Below the pieces are notes generated by a model, which did not search any database, was not told the origin of the DNA, and worked only from the letters and a program-made list of their open reading frames with translations. A program made the position numbers and the translations under genes. Shown here piece by piece: positions 26,775 through 40,557 of a DNA stretch of 63,929 nucleotides (position 1 is its first letter; each line of letters opens with the position of its first letter). Source of the DNA: Lenisia limosa (Eukaryota > Protista > Breviatea); assembly GCA_001655205.1 (NCBI GenBank), contig LPNZ01009407.1, positions 1-63,929 of the forward strand, written 5' to 3'.

Positions 26775-28046
26775 TCAAGCCATTGCCATTTGCCTTTCCG
26801 GCTCCTCTTCTGCTTCTGGCTCTGGGGAAGAGTAAACCAAATGACTAAAAATAAAACGCACACATCACCACAATATTATTTGTGAAACAAAAAAAAGTTG
26901 CAGACTTTGTCCATTTGCTTTCTACTTCACGGGAAAGTAAACTTGATGCCAGTTTCAAAACGCTTAACCCTCCATGCTATCTTGTAATTGCATCGAATAT
27001 TCCCATATTAAAAAATATTTCGGAAAGGAAAAACATCTTATATCAACAATCATCCCCCAACCTTGTGCAGAAACCTCAGGTTCATGAGTGGGAATTGTTG
27101 GTGCCTCATCCAGACCCATCTGGAAGGTCGTGAGATAGCGTTTTGAAATACCACCTCCCAAAAAATTTTCATGACAGTAAGAGCAATGGCATGAAGCTTT
27201 GAAAAGCTACCTAATTCAAACCATATACTTTCAGCTCATTTAATTTCTTACAGCACATAAATTCAGAGTAAAAAGTGCTTAATTAGTTGCTTATGGTAGC
27301 TCAGGGTCACTTTACCATTATTATTATTTATTTTTTTTACCTAACAGACCCAAAAAAATCAACCAAACACCCAAAACAAACCTCTTCCGCCAAAATCCTG
27401 TCGAGCTCCTCCTGTGCTGCTTCGTCATCCTCAGGGGTCAGAGACTCTCCAAGAAGAGCATCAATTTCCTTTTGCCACTCCATAGCTTCCTGGGTCTCAT
27501 CCATCAACTTCTCCACATCCTCAACGCTCATCTCCTTCTGAAGTTCCTTGAGTACCTCATTTCCTACAATGTAAGAAAGAAATCAACCACACAAACCTTG
27601 CTTCAGCCCATCAAAGACATCCTTTTCGATCTTGGCAAATTCGACAGTATCGATCATTTGTTGAAGGTTGTCAAATTGAACCTCAAGGTTTTCCAAGGAC
27701 TTGGTCTGCATCTTCTTTCTTCTTAAACAACGCATGGCATTCTAATGATGTGATATTTGGGAATGCATCTTACTTCCTTCTGTCCTGCTGCTGCGAGTTG
27801 TTTTGCCATCTCCACCTCACGAGTGATAATCTTCTCAACCTAGAGTACGGTAAAACAAGAGTTTGTCCGCGTGAATAGTTCATATTTTATAATATGAAAT
27901 AATATATATGGGAAAGGTTCCAGAAGGTGTCCTCATACCTTCTTTTTGTAGACTTTCAGCTTATCCCGCTTGACTTTAAGGTCCAGAACCGCCTTATCAT
28001 GTTCAGTTACCCTGTTCTTTTTCTTTTTCGAGAAAATTGCTCCCAT
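26775..28046 (-). CDS. VPS20: ESCRT-III subunit VPS20/CHMP6
   Basis: The N-myristoylation-type start reads MGAIFSKKKKNRVTEHDKAVLDLKVKRDKLKVYKKK. Later exons read EKDVFDGLKQGNEVLKELQKEMSVEDVEKLMDETQEAMEWQKEIDALLGESLTPEDDE, and the end is ..RQMAMA*. Confidence 0.93.
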
Positions 28047-28233
28047 TTTAAGGTTATATCGCGAGAAAAATTGGACAAAAAAAGATGTATATAGTCCCGG
28101 GGACCCCCGGGTAAAAAGTTTGTTTTGTGTGGTTTTTCTTCGTGATGCCTCTTTCTTGCATATAGGCTGAAAATTAAGTATACTGTACTAATACGGTCAT
28201 TTGAGTGGCGGGATATTCGCACTCCCTTAAGAA

Positions 28234-31200
28234 ATGTACCCCGCTTTTCATAAGACAAGTGTCTCTATAAATGTGGGAAGTTTCATTCCGAACTGGCATC
28301 CCCAAGAACCACAACGTCAAGATGAACCCGTGGATGAGGTTGTTCAACGAGTGTTGGATGAGATGACCAATGATGAAGGTTTGCAGTTCCCATATTTATA
28401 TGTATTCATTTCCTTTTTTTTTTATTTCTCATTGCTATATATAGATATTCATTTCTGTTGTTGCTTGCCAGAGTACTCTATATAGTTGATACATATATAT
28501 ATATATATGTATATATATATATGCGCTTCACACGAAGTTTTTCTTATTAAGTTAGAGTTAAAGTTATAACTGACATATTTGGAAAAGTTAATATTTCCTT
28601 TTTCATCTATTGTGACTGGATAACTGCATTTTTTTTACTGTTAAATAGACTCAGAGTCCCTCCGATTCTATGAAATACTGATCCTGTAGTTGAGGCTGTA
28701 TCCGAGGCAGTGAAAGAATCTTTCCCCCCGGTCATCCCCGAAGTCCCATTGATACCCCACACTCCGTTTGTCCCCGAGCTGCCACACAAAGACCAAACCG
28801 CCCTGCAACACTCTTCCAATAGCCTCCTTCCGAACAACGCCCAGAAGCTTGACATCCCCGACCCGCTGATATCACTCCCGTCGGCCCACCATCTCGAAGC
28901 CGTCCATCCCGACCACCATGTTGTGATTGACATGGCCCAGGTCCAGGCCGGGTATCTGGATGCGGTCCAGCCGATGGCGGCGACAGAAGCCGACCGCGTT
29001 GAAGCGCTTTTGTCCGAGCCGGCCGTTGATGCCGTTTGTAGGAGGGGTTTCAACGTCGTGTCGGTTGCAAACAGCCTGAATGTATCCATCATCCTCCTTA
29101 CAATCGATATGATATCTTCCTGGTATTATGTTTTTTATCCTCCGTTCTTTTAGTAACTTGAAATAGAACAAAAACACGGTAATAGGGAAGGTAAAAGATG
29201 TTGAATTCAGACTGACTGTGTTTCCTTACACTGTAGTATTCAACACCATACCACCGATTGAGCAACCTTATTCAAGGAGGTTCCAAGGGCAGCAAATCGA
29301 ACTTCTCCAAGACGTATGCCTGGGAAACTGTAATATATGTACTAATACCTTTTTGGGGCTTAAACTTCATTCTTTTGTGACTGTATTTAAAAAAAAACAT
29401 GTAGCTCTATTATTATAAATACCTTTCATAATCGTGTTGATAATTGCTAAAGAGCTGTTATCTATTCAATCATCTTATTATTTACACTGAAGGAGGATGA
29501 CACAGAGGATGACGATACTGAGGAAGAAGACAGACCAAAAAAGTAAATCCTTTAAATATGTGATTACATTTAACCACCAGTGCACCTAAATTCAGCTCAC
29601 AACTTCCCATCCCTCACCCCCTCACCGCGTATAGGCGAAAACGATTTGTGAAGCAGTTCGAAGGCGTTTTGCCGCCCCTTATCGCGCCAATGGCCCCGTT
29701 GGACACAACTCCGAAGAGCTTGTTCAAGAAACTCAAGCTTGAAAGTGACGACACCTACTCTCTCCATTTGTACCCTGGAGTCAAGTTCAACGACAGAGGA
29801 TGGGCTGTAGGCAGGGTGGTACTTAGAATATCATTACCAAGGATTCAGATTAATTTATGTTGAGACTAGAGTTCATTTGGAACTTTGAATCATGTTTTAT
29901 AAACGTGGCAGATTTGTGGTGCGACAACTTCCAAGCAAACTCCGTGTCAGCGTATTGGAAAGTGCCAATTCCATAACACCGATCATAATGACATTAATAT
30001 GAAGCTTCAGTATGCTGGGGAGACATATTGTATCAATAACATTTACATGTGGATGTATGTATGATATTGTACAATTATGTACGAATATAATGTTGTAAAC
30101 AGGATTAAAAATGTGATATCGCTGGAGGTATTCCTTTGAAATGTGTGTATTGATATGTTTAATGAAATGATTGTCTTCTTTTTTCACCTTGTAGCGCCAG
30201 TACTGAAAACTCACAAGGTTGGTGAACGGAAGTTGAAAAGAGAAAGTATCACTTCGGCTTATCTGTTTGAGGTCAAGGAAGAAAATGTCTATCATACCTA
30301 AGGATAGAAAAGTGTATTGGATATTTTATCCCATAAAAATATCATATCATATAATATCATTTATTTAGAGAGTATTATATGATATCATATGTACATCATA
30401 TGCATATGTATTATGTACAAATACAGAGTATATATACCTGGTCCGTATCATCATGATTAATAGACTAAAAAAAGTGGGGAGATATGCAATGGAAAAAGGA
30501 GAAATATAAAGGTGCTATCCCTGAATCTAACTATTAACCAATGCATTTTGCTGACTGAATCTAGTTACCTTTAAGAAAGGCTGGTCAATTGAAGAGCATT
30601 CAAGGTTTTTGAAAGTATGTTCCCCAATTTAAATGTTTTCTATATCTTCAGGTGGCTTTGGTCTGAACCTCCCTATATCGGTTCATATTTCTGAATATCA
30701 TATCGATATGTATTAATATCTAGTATTATATACTAGATCTTATGTAATATATGCATTTATCTTCGATAGCTGACACTTTAGGGTCTTGAGATATATGGCA
30801 AGGGTAAATGGAAAGCCATTTCCAAAATCATTAGGACGCGAACCCCAGCTCAAGGTCGGTCATGAGTATATTCAAATATAATATTATTAATAGTATTACT
30901 ATATACTCAAATTCATATCATTCGTTTAAACTTTCCACTCATCATTCTTCTGGTTTTCCTTTCGAAACTTTCATTTCTGATCATTCAGTGCAAAGTCACG
31001 CGTCAAAAGTAGGCAGTCCTTAAAAAAACACCTGTGTTTTTCCATAACATTTGAAGCCTTATCTAATATCTGTAGTATTTCCTCCGCGCAAAAATCACCA
31101 AGAAAACAAAGAAGAGCATCAACGACAACAACCCCCCACCACAAAACGCCAGAACCCACCTTGGACCTGTAGATATTGCCCCCATTGCAGAACTAGCTGG

Positions 31201-31551
31201 TACCCTTGCCCTTCCCAACCTCCCACAACCCCCGGACAATCTTGACAATACAGTGGTTGTTGAAACGGTCTTCGAAATGCCTCCAGCCGCCCCTGTTGAG
31301 ACGGTTGAAGCAATCGAACCACCAGCGCCAGTAATTGAACCTCCGGTTGCTCTTCAGGTGGGTGGGTCTCATTTCTCTATGCAAAATCAATTGTCTTTTT
31401 CATTTCGCCATGCTTGCCGCTTATTATCAAGGTTTCGAGTGCAGATACCGAGACGGTCACGCCCCTTCACCCCCATGGTCACGCGGACGTTGAGCAAGTG
31501 GTCGTGCCTGAAGCCGTTGTAGATGGTGAGATTGCTACCCAGGAGGATTGA
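28234..31551 (+). CDS. SHAQKYF-class Myb transcription factor with an upstream CCCH-type cysteine motif
   Basis: Four spliced exons give KKGWSIEEHSRFLK|GLEIYGKGKWKAISKIIRTRTPAQ|VQSHASK|YFLR (about 30570-31090). CGATTSKQTPCQRIGKCQFH lies at about 29915-29975. The start codon is uncertain. Confidence 0.82.
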
Positions 31552-31816
31552 GTGAAGTTTCTTGTTTCGTTTCAGTATAGATGTTTTTCTTTCTATTTAT
31601 TTATGATGTATATTATTGTTAGTGTCAAATGTTTGTTGGCTGTTAGATGGATTTTTTGCTGAACCCCTTTTTTGAGATATCTGATAACTCACCCAATCTT
31701 TTACCTTATCTGCACACACAACTTCTTGTTGAATCAACATCATTCATAATAATAATACCTGGGGACAAAAACTGAAGAAGAAAAAAACTAGGCACTTGTG
31801 TTTCCAAAACCAAGGC

Positions 31817-34800
31817 CTAAGAAGGGGGTGCGGGGGCGGTCTGCTTGCCTAATCGGGCAACTTCGGCGCCAAGCTCATCAACCGTTGTTAGCAGGGTCAT
31901 GTTTTTGAGAAGGATCTCTTCGAACATTGCCTGCAGAAATGAACAGTCACCAAAGCCTCCTCTCAATACCTGGTACTGAGGAGGCATTTCCGGGTGTTCT
32001 TGGGGGGCCGTCATTAGAGTTAGGAATCCTTTTCGTTTTGTTTGCTTGGATAGGGGGGCTGAAAGCGCTCCCATTTTCTCCTGGGAAGTGAAGTTAGTCA
32101 TATGATGAGCCCATTGGTAATATACGCTAGGTATGACAACTACTGCTTCATAAGTATTGTATTTTTTTAAAAAAAAAACTGAGCTAGTAAAAAAATCAGC
32201 CCTCCCAACCCTTTGGATGTAATGTGATATAATAGTCTTCTTGTCACATAGGTCTTCCTGGAGGGACTGGTTTGAAGACTCCAAAAAGATGTTCTAAAAG
32301 GTCAAGCAAAAAGAAGAGGTATTTGATTGGGAGTGGAGAGATATCGTATCAGGAAAACATCATTATTGTAATGGACGCAGAGAGAAGACCAGCTCAAACC
32401 TTTTCCTCCAGTCGCCACTTTTCGCTTTGTAGCGATGCAACACGGTCAGTAAGACCGTTAACTTCGGACTGCAGTTGTGTCGGTGACGGCATCGACTGAG
32501 CAGATGAGAATGCAGAACCGTGAAACAAGTCTTGCTCCAAATGGTCGTAAAAAGAGTTAGCATCCCGATAATTGCTCGATTCATGTTGATATAATAAGGA
32601 TATCAGAGTACATACTCATAGAAATACTTTTCTTTTATTTGGAAAGCACACTTGTGAGATGAGGAAAAGACAATTGCACCAACATCGGAACCAAGGTGGA
32701 ACACTCTTGGAAACTCCATAAGTATTTCAGACATTGTATGCTGGGGAGGCACACAGAAAGCTGTATGCACAGAGTTGTAAGGCAAATGATTGGGTGAATC
32801 CAATGTCTCTTAAAGCGTGATGGTGTGACGGCTTCGGCCAAATACAACCTTTTTTTTCTTTTCTCATTGCCATATATTTCAGTTATTGGACCCTTACCGG
32901 ATCTGATGGGGTTACTGGGGTAGTAGCGATGGGGGATTGGACCTGGGTTGTGAGTATATCCAAAAACAATCAGGTGAAGTATGCTGTTTGAAGTGGACTA
33001 TATTTCTTGAGAATAAAATACAATCTAGAATAGCTATCGATATGAGACACAAAAATAAAACAGATACAACTATGCCAAAAGTGACAAAATAAAAAAGCCA
33101 AAATTAACATCAGGCCAAAGCCATCCACACCAGCATNNNNNNNNNNNNNNNNNNNNNNNNNNNNNNNNNNNNNNNNNNNNNNNNNNNNNNNNNNNNNNNN
33201 NNNNNNNNNNNNNNNNNNNNNNNNNNNNNNNNNNNNNNNNNNNNNNNNNNNNNNNNNNNNNNNNNNNNNNNNNNNNGATCATCAGAAGGGCCTTGCGCTG
33301 GGCAACCTTGAACTCTTCCTCTCTCTTCTTCATCATTTCTTTGGCATTATTCTGGGTGTCTTCAATCTGGCGATCAGCATCTGCGGCCTTTTCTTCAGCC
33401 TGTTTTCTCAGATTATTGGCTTCTTCAAGATGAACCTCCGCTGCCTCCTGAGCTCCAAGGGCAGCACTTGCCTTTTGCTGCTCCTCCACGACATGGGCCT
33501 TGGTCTGCTCCAACATTGCCATGACCTCTGCGTTGCGCGTGGCCTCATCACGCATTCCAGCCTCCAATTCATCACCGCGCGCCTGCTCCTTCTGAATTAG
33601 ACCGCTCTGCTCATCCAACTTGGCCTGAATTGCGGCTAAACTGGCTGCATGGTTTTTCGCGGACGCTGCAATTGAAGACACATGACTCTGTTGGAGATCT
33701 TCAAGCTCCTTCTGCACGGTTTTCACTTCGTTCTTCATTGAGTTGACTGCATTATCCCTTTCCTCTACCGCCTCACGCAGGTCCTTAACCAGTCCCGTAG
33801 CTTTCTTTAGGTCCAACAACGCAGATTCCTTTTCCGCTTTCATTGGAGTCAACCTGGTCACTTCATCACTCAAACTCTCAACCTGTCCTAATAACTTCGT
33901 TTCCCGAGTTATTGCCTTCTGCTTCAACTTCTCAAGAGCCTGTTTGGCCTGTTCATCACGCTCCTTGAACTCCTCTTGCTCCGCCTGGATTGCAATTGCC
34001 GCAGCTGCTGAAGACGACTCATTTTCCTCCACCATTTGCTTGACTATGCCCTCCAGCTCGCCAATTCTCACTTTGGCTTCCTTCAACTTCTCCTTGAGAC
34101 TTGAAACCTTGTTCTTTGCTGCCGTGGCGCCAGTAGAGAACTCTTCTGCCATTGAGGACACTTCAGACTCCTTCTGAGTCAAGGCTTTTGCCATATCGTC
34201 GCGCTCCTTCTCCGCAGTAGCCAACTTGTCCTTCATTGTTACAATCATCTCAGCGCTAGACTGAGCGTCGGACTGCGCTTGTCTTAATTTGGTCCGCTGT
34301 TCACCTTCACACAGCGCCGCGGCCTCAAGCTCGGCATTGGCAGCCTCAACCCGGGCAATGTACACCCGTGACTTTTCCATTTCGGCCTTGAGGTCGGTTG
34401 TGAGTTGACTGTTACGATCTGAAAGATCCAAGTCTTTCTTCCTCAGTTCCTTCGCTTCATTCTGAGGAGTGACTTACAAAAAACCACTATCTACCAGACC
34501 TATCGTGTCATATCAAAAAACACTATCATACATATGATAGTATGATGCAGAGTAAGATTTCACATACTCTACATACTCTACATAAACTATTTGATATTTT
34601 TGCGTTGATTTGATAAGCCGCATACAAGTGATTCCTCGAGAGCTTCTTTGGTCGCCGAAATGTCATTTGTTGTGTCCTTTTGTTCACTCTGAATTTTATA
34701 AGTCCAAGACTTTCCTCAATTGAAATGAACAAAAATAATCATTGGAAATCCTGATTCCTATTATTACGATCTTAACCAACCATTACAGTGGATAACTTCT

Positions 34801-37800
34801 CTTCACAGCTGCCAAGCTGCGATTTTAACAAAGCTATCTCCTCCTTCTGTTCCCTCATCTTCGACATTTCTCCCTCATTGGCGGCCTAGAGAGTCAATCT
34901 TCAAATTTTCCACAAAAAATCTCGATAAAGTGTTCATAAATAGAGACTACCTGTATATTATTGATACGAAAAGAGTATCGTTTGTTATGCAAAGGGATTT
35001 AGTTTGGATACCAACGTATTTTAAGTAATTTAAATGGAAAATACACGATATTCCACAATCATGTTCAACAAATTCTACAGATAATAATCCTCTCCAACCT
35101 CAATTTTGGCCTCAAGATTTGAAATTGTGTCTTTCAAGTACGTAACTTGGGAATTGTGCTCAGATTCTGACTGCGCGATAGACTGTTTCAAAGACTCAAT
35201 TTCTGACGTAGCCGCTGACTTTTCTTCTTCTCTTGCTGACTTCTCAAAGCTATACTTCTCCATCACTTCCTCTAAACTCTTTTCACAAACAGTCTTTTCC
35301 TTCTTCAGCTTCTTCATTTCTTTGTTCACTTTCTTTGTTTCTTCAACCTTCTTCTTCACTTCATCCTTAAGCGTAAGATTCTCTTCTTGGACCTCTCCTA
35401 GCCTTTCCTCTTTCCTCTTTAACTTTTCCGAAAGCTCCAAAAATCTTGTCTTCAAATCTACCTGTGCTTCTTGCGCACTGGTCAGATCACAGGATAATTG
35501 CTTTCTTTCAACTTCCATTACCTCTTCCAATCTTGACACAACCTTTTCTCTGTCGACATTTGCTGCTGCCTTCTGCGCTTCAAGCGCCTGCTCCATTTCA
35601 TGTTGAATGGACTCGTTTCGACTTTCTAAACTCTCATTCAACGAGACTAGCTCCGCAACCCTGCTTCTCAGCTCCTCCGCCTCCGCACTCCTCTCCATAC
35701 TCCCTGCTTTGGCGGCTTTCAATTCGGACTCCAGCGCGGCCCGGGCCTCCGCTGCCGCCGCCTCGTCATTATCAGCCGCCTCTACACTGGTCAACTTCGC
35801 CGTTAGGTCCTCAACTTGAGCCACCAGAATTGCGTTGCGCGTGTCAGAAGTGGCGTGCTTCTCCGTCAATGCCGATACGTTGGCGTTGAGCGTCTCTTCG
35901 TTGCGTCGACTCACTTCCAACTGCGATCTTAGATCGTCCAATGTGTCTTTGGCGTCTTTTAGTGCTCCTTGAACGTCCGTGAGCTCATTGCCAGATACTG
36001 TACTTGCTACTGACGCCGAATGCAAGGATTGTTTTAAGGTAGTGATTTCACCAGAAAGGGCCTCCTTTTCGCTCTGAAGTGAGACAAACATCTGGTGTTG
36101 CTCTTGCCTTGATAGTTCAGCTTGGGTATGTTTCTTCTCTAAAGAGGCGAACGCAACTTCATGCTCCTTTCTAAGCTTCACGATTTCTGCCATTGAAGAT
36201 CCGGTGGCGGTCTATAACGAGTCAAATAAATAGTTCGTGGTGTGTAAAATTCAGGACCATATCATTTGTGTGTGATCCATACCTCAAGTTCGTTTCTGAG
36301 GTCTTCAAGCTCCTTCAAATGTTGTTCAGCCTAGTTCATCGTCAATAATACTGAAAATAGCACAGTTTACAGTCTTGCCTCATAAAGAATTACTGGGTGT
36401 CTAAATATGAACCAAGTTTAGATATCAAATGCTCATAAAATTACATTCTTGGGTTAATGTTAACGATCAAACCCTCGATTAAGTAGCAATCTCATTATTT
36501 TTACCATAATATATAGTACTAGTATATGATATCTCAAAATGTATCTTCATACCTCTTGTGATTTGGCAGCTATCACCGCTCTCAACTCTTCCTTCGTCTC
36601 CTCAAGGTTCTTTCTTGCTTCATCAACATCCTTTTTCAACTGACTGACTTCCTCTTCAACAAGCTTGCTTGCTAAATTGAATGATGTGAAGAAGGATTTT
36701 TTCAAAGCAATTCAAATCCTTCGATTCAGCCCCTCTTACCATTTAAATCCTGTTGGCATTTCAATAGCTTCGCTTCAGCTTCATCCTTGGAACTCAAAAT
36801 CAAATCTATTTCAACCTAGACTCATAAGGAGAATCAAACCAACTATCCACACGGATATACACACGATATTTCAACAGCGCAAAATATTTAGAGGTGAGAA
36901 ATAAAACAAGGTTATATGGCCAAAGCCGCACACCATCACGCTTATAAGAGATATTGGATTATATAGTATTATATGTTACGCAATTTCACGTAATAATAAG
37001 ATATCATATGATATACTATACATCATTTATAAAAAAGTTATATTTCGCTATCTGAAATTTTCCAGCAAGTTTCCTGTTATATATTATCCTGTCACGTCTC
37101 TAAACCCAACAAACATTTGAACCTCCACCCCCGCCACAGGCCTTGAGGTTTTCGATTTCCTCCGCTTGGGCCTGATGGTTAGGTCAAGTGCTTCGAGTGG
37201 ACAAGAATACGACTTCTAGTTTTACCACACATAACACTTTTTATAAAAAATCCTACAATCAGTTGTTTCTCGACTTTCATTGAGTTTGCAGAGGCAACGG
37301 TCACATTTTGTCGTAAAGCAGCCGTCTAAATAGTTGAATCTGCATACAATGTAATGGTAATGTATCCCAATAGCCTTTGAAAAGAAGTTACAACCAAACC
37401 AACCAACCATTTGCTGGTGTTCTTCCCGTTCATTCCTAATGATTGTTTTGAGACTCTCTGTCTCCTTTAGTGCTTCAGCAAGACTTGTCTTTTGCTTGGA
37501 CTTGCCAATAACCTCTGAAATGGTTTAACACGTGGATGATAGGCAACTGGTGCAGAAAAGTTTCACAAAATATAGGTTGCAGGTCGTGGTTAACACAAAT
37601 CTATGTACATGGAATAGATCTGACAAAAAATGAATTAAAAACCCACTTTGAGCCTTCTCAAGTTCTTTAGATGAAGCTTCATATGACCGTTTGAAGCGAT
37701 CAAGTTCTGGGAATGTTACGACAGGGATTAATCAGCAGTCGCTTCCACCCACCACAATCAATAATAATATAAATATTGTGACACGATAGGGTGACAAAAT

Positions 37801-37924
37801 CAATAAGAAGATACTTACCTGCAACGAATTTTCGATTACGATCATCAACTTCATATTTTGCTGCCTTCAACTCTAGAAGCTGAGATTGGAGTTTTGAGAA
37901 TTCCTCTATTGATATGGACGCCAT
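31817..37924 (-). CDS. GRIPAP1: GRIPAP1/GRASP-1-like long coiled-coil endosomal tether
   Basis: The N-terminus MASISIEEFSKLQSQLLELKAAKYEVDDRNRK..ELDRFKRSYEASSKELEKAQ..IGKSKQK resembles human [42 protein letters not shown]. The C-terminus LQSEKWRLEEK..SSNQSLQEDLCDKKTII and LQAMFEEILLKNMTL..ELGAEVARL resembles LQQEKWMLEEK..SSASMAEDLCRKSAII and LQNMLEEQLTKNMHL..LSQEIVRL (human sequence recalled from memory). Two very large E/K/A-rich coiled-coil exons (33276-34460, 35097-36210). Confidence 0.72.
32645..32876. mobile_element. Degenerate copy of an intronic dispersed repeat (same family as 41542-41709)
   Basis: It shares the core gtatgctggggaggcac.c.gaaagctgt.t.cacagagtt, then aagcgtgat.gtg.gacggctt, and the terminus caac.ttt..ttttt.tt.tcattgc.ata with the 41.5-kb copy. 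Confidence 0.75.
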
Positions 37925-38127
37925 TTTGAGGCTAATCCTTTTGTTGCCTGGCGTGTTTCTGGCATATTATTGTAGTGGCATTTTGGTTATATTGTTCCTG
38001 GGGTTCCATCAAGAAAAAGGGATAATCAGACAACCGCCAGCCAAAATCCTAACCCAATCCCACCAAAATCCCGCCGATCGCTACCATTTTTTTTAAACAA
38101 TCTATTTCTCTTAATATCTAACAGGAA

Positions 38128-39672
<1,545 letters not shown>

Positions 39673-40557
39673 TGTACACTTTTATATATTGTTTAAAAAA
39701 TATCTGGTTGACTCGATGCCGGCTCGGATTTCTCAGTTGATTTATTGATATTTTGAGAGGATTTAATAATACCCATCATTCTGATTTGTGACATCGAGGC
39801 ACCCAACCCGGATTTTTTGAATAAGGAAACGTGTTATTGTTTTTTTCTTTTTTTAAAAAATAAAAGCCCGCCGTCTTGACACTGTAGGTTCTTGACCACA
39901 ACATTTGCTAGGTTTTATGTAATTATGGTAGTTTTGATACTCAAATGTCTTCGGAGGTATTTCATTGAGAGGGAAAGTGGGGTGAAGGCTCGTCTCAAAG
40001 CCCTCCCGTTCACATTTCAGGCCATCGTTGAACAATCATTATTATTTTTCCATAATAGCCCTCATGAAATGAATGATAACACCGTCATATCCCGCGATTT
40101 TGCAAGCATGGGAGTATCGAACACACCTGTTAGCAGCTTTGAGGTTACCAATGACGCCAGGGAGAAAAGGTGGTTTATGTACACACCACCAAGAGAATCA
40201 CGTGAGGAGGCGCACCAAGGAAAAAAATTTGGGTAATTTACCAGNNNNNNNNNNNNNNNNNNNNNNNNNNNNNNNNNNNNNNNNNNNNNNNNNNNNNNNN
40301 NGCGGGGGGGGCGTTGAGGTTATTATACACGCACCTCTTAAAACATTAGAAGACAAATACCATCAGTTAAGATTTATCAATAAACTCAGTACCAGTTGGG
40401 CTTCACTTCGGTTCCAAACAGACCGGTAAAATGTTTATCGAGAAATTCAATCTTTTTTTGAAGCCCTAACTACCAGACATCATGGTCAAAATCTATGGCA
40501 CAAATAGTACATTACCTCACCTTAAAATACAATTAGAATACAACACAATGAAATCAA

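Noticed and set aside
31817-32100. GRIP domain (golgin) at the coiled-coil C-terminus
   Set aside because: It lacks the EYLKNV..FL GRIP signature, and the terminal blocks fit GRIPAP1/CCDC186-type ends instead.
33743-35889. Long plus-strand ORFs (144, 166 and 147 aa) in the ORF track
   Set aside because: They are antisense shadows of the E/K/A-rich coiled-coil exons and give Ser/Leu/Phe-rich nonsense.
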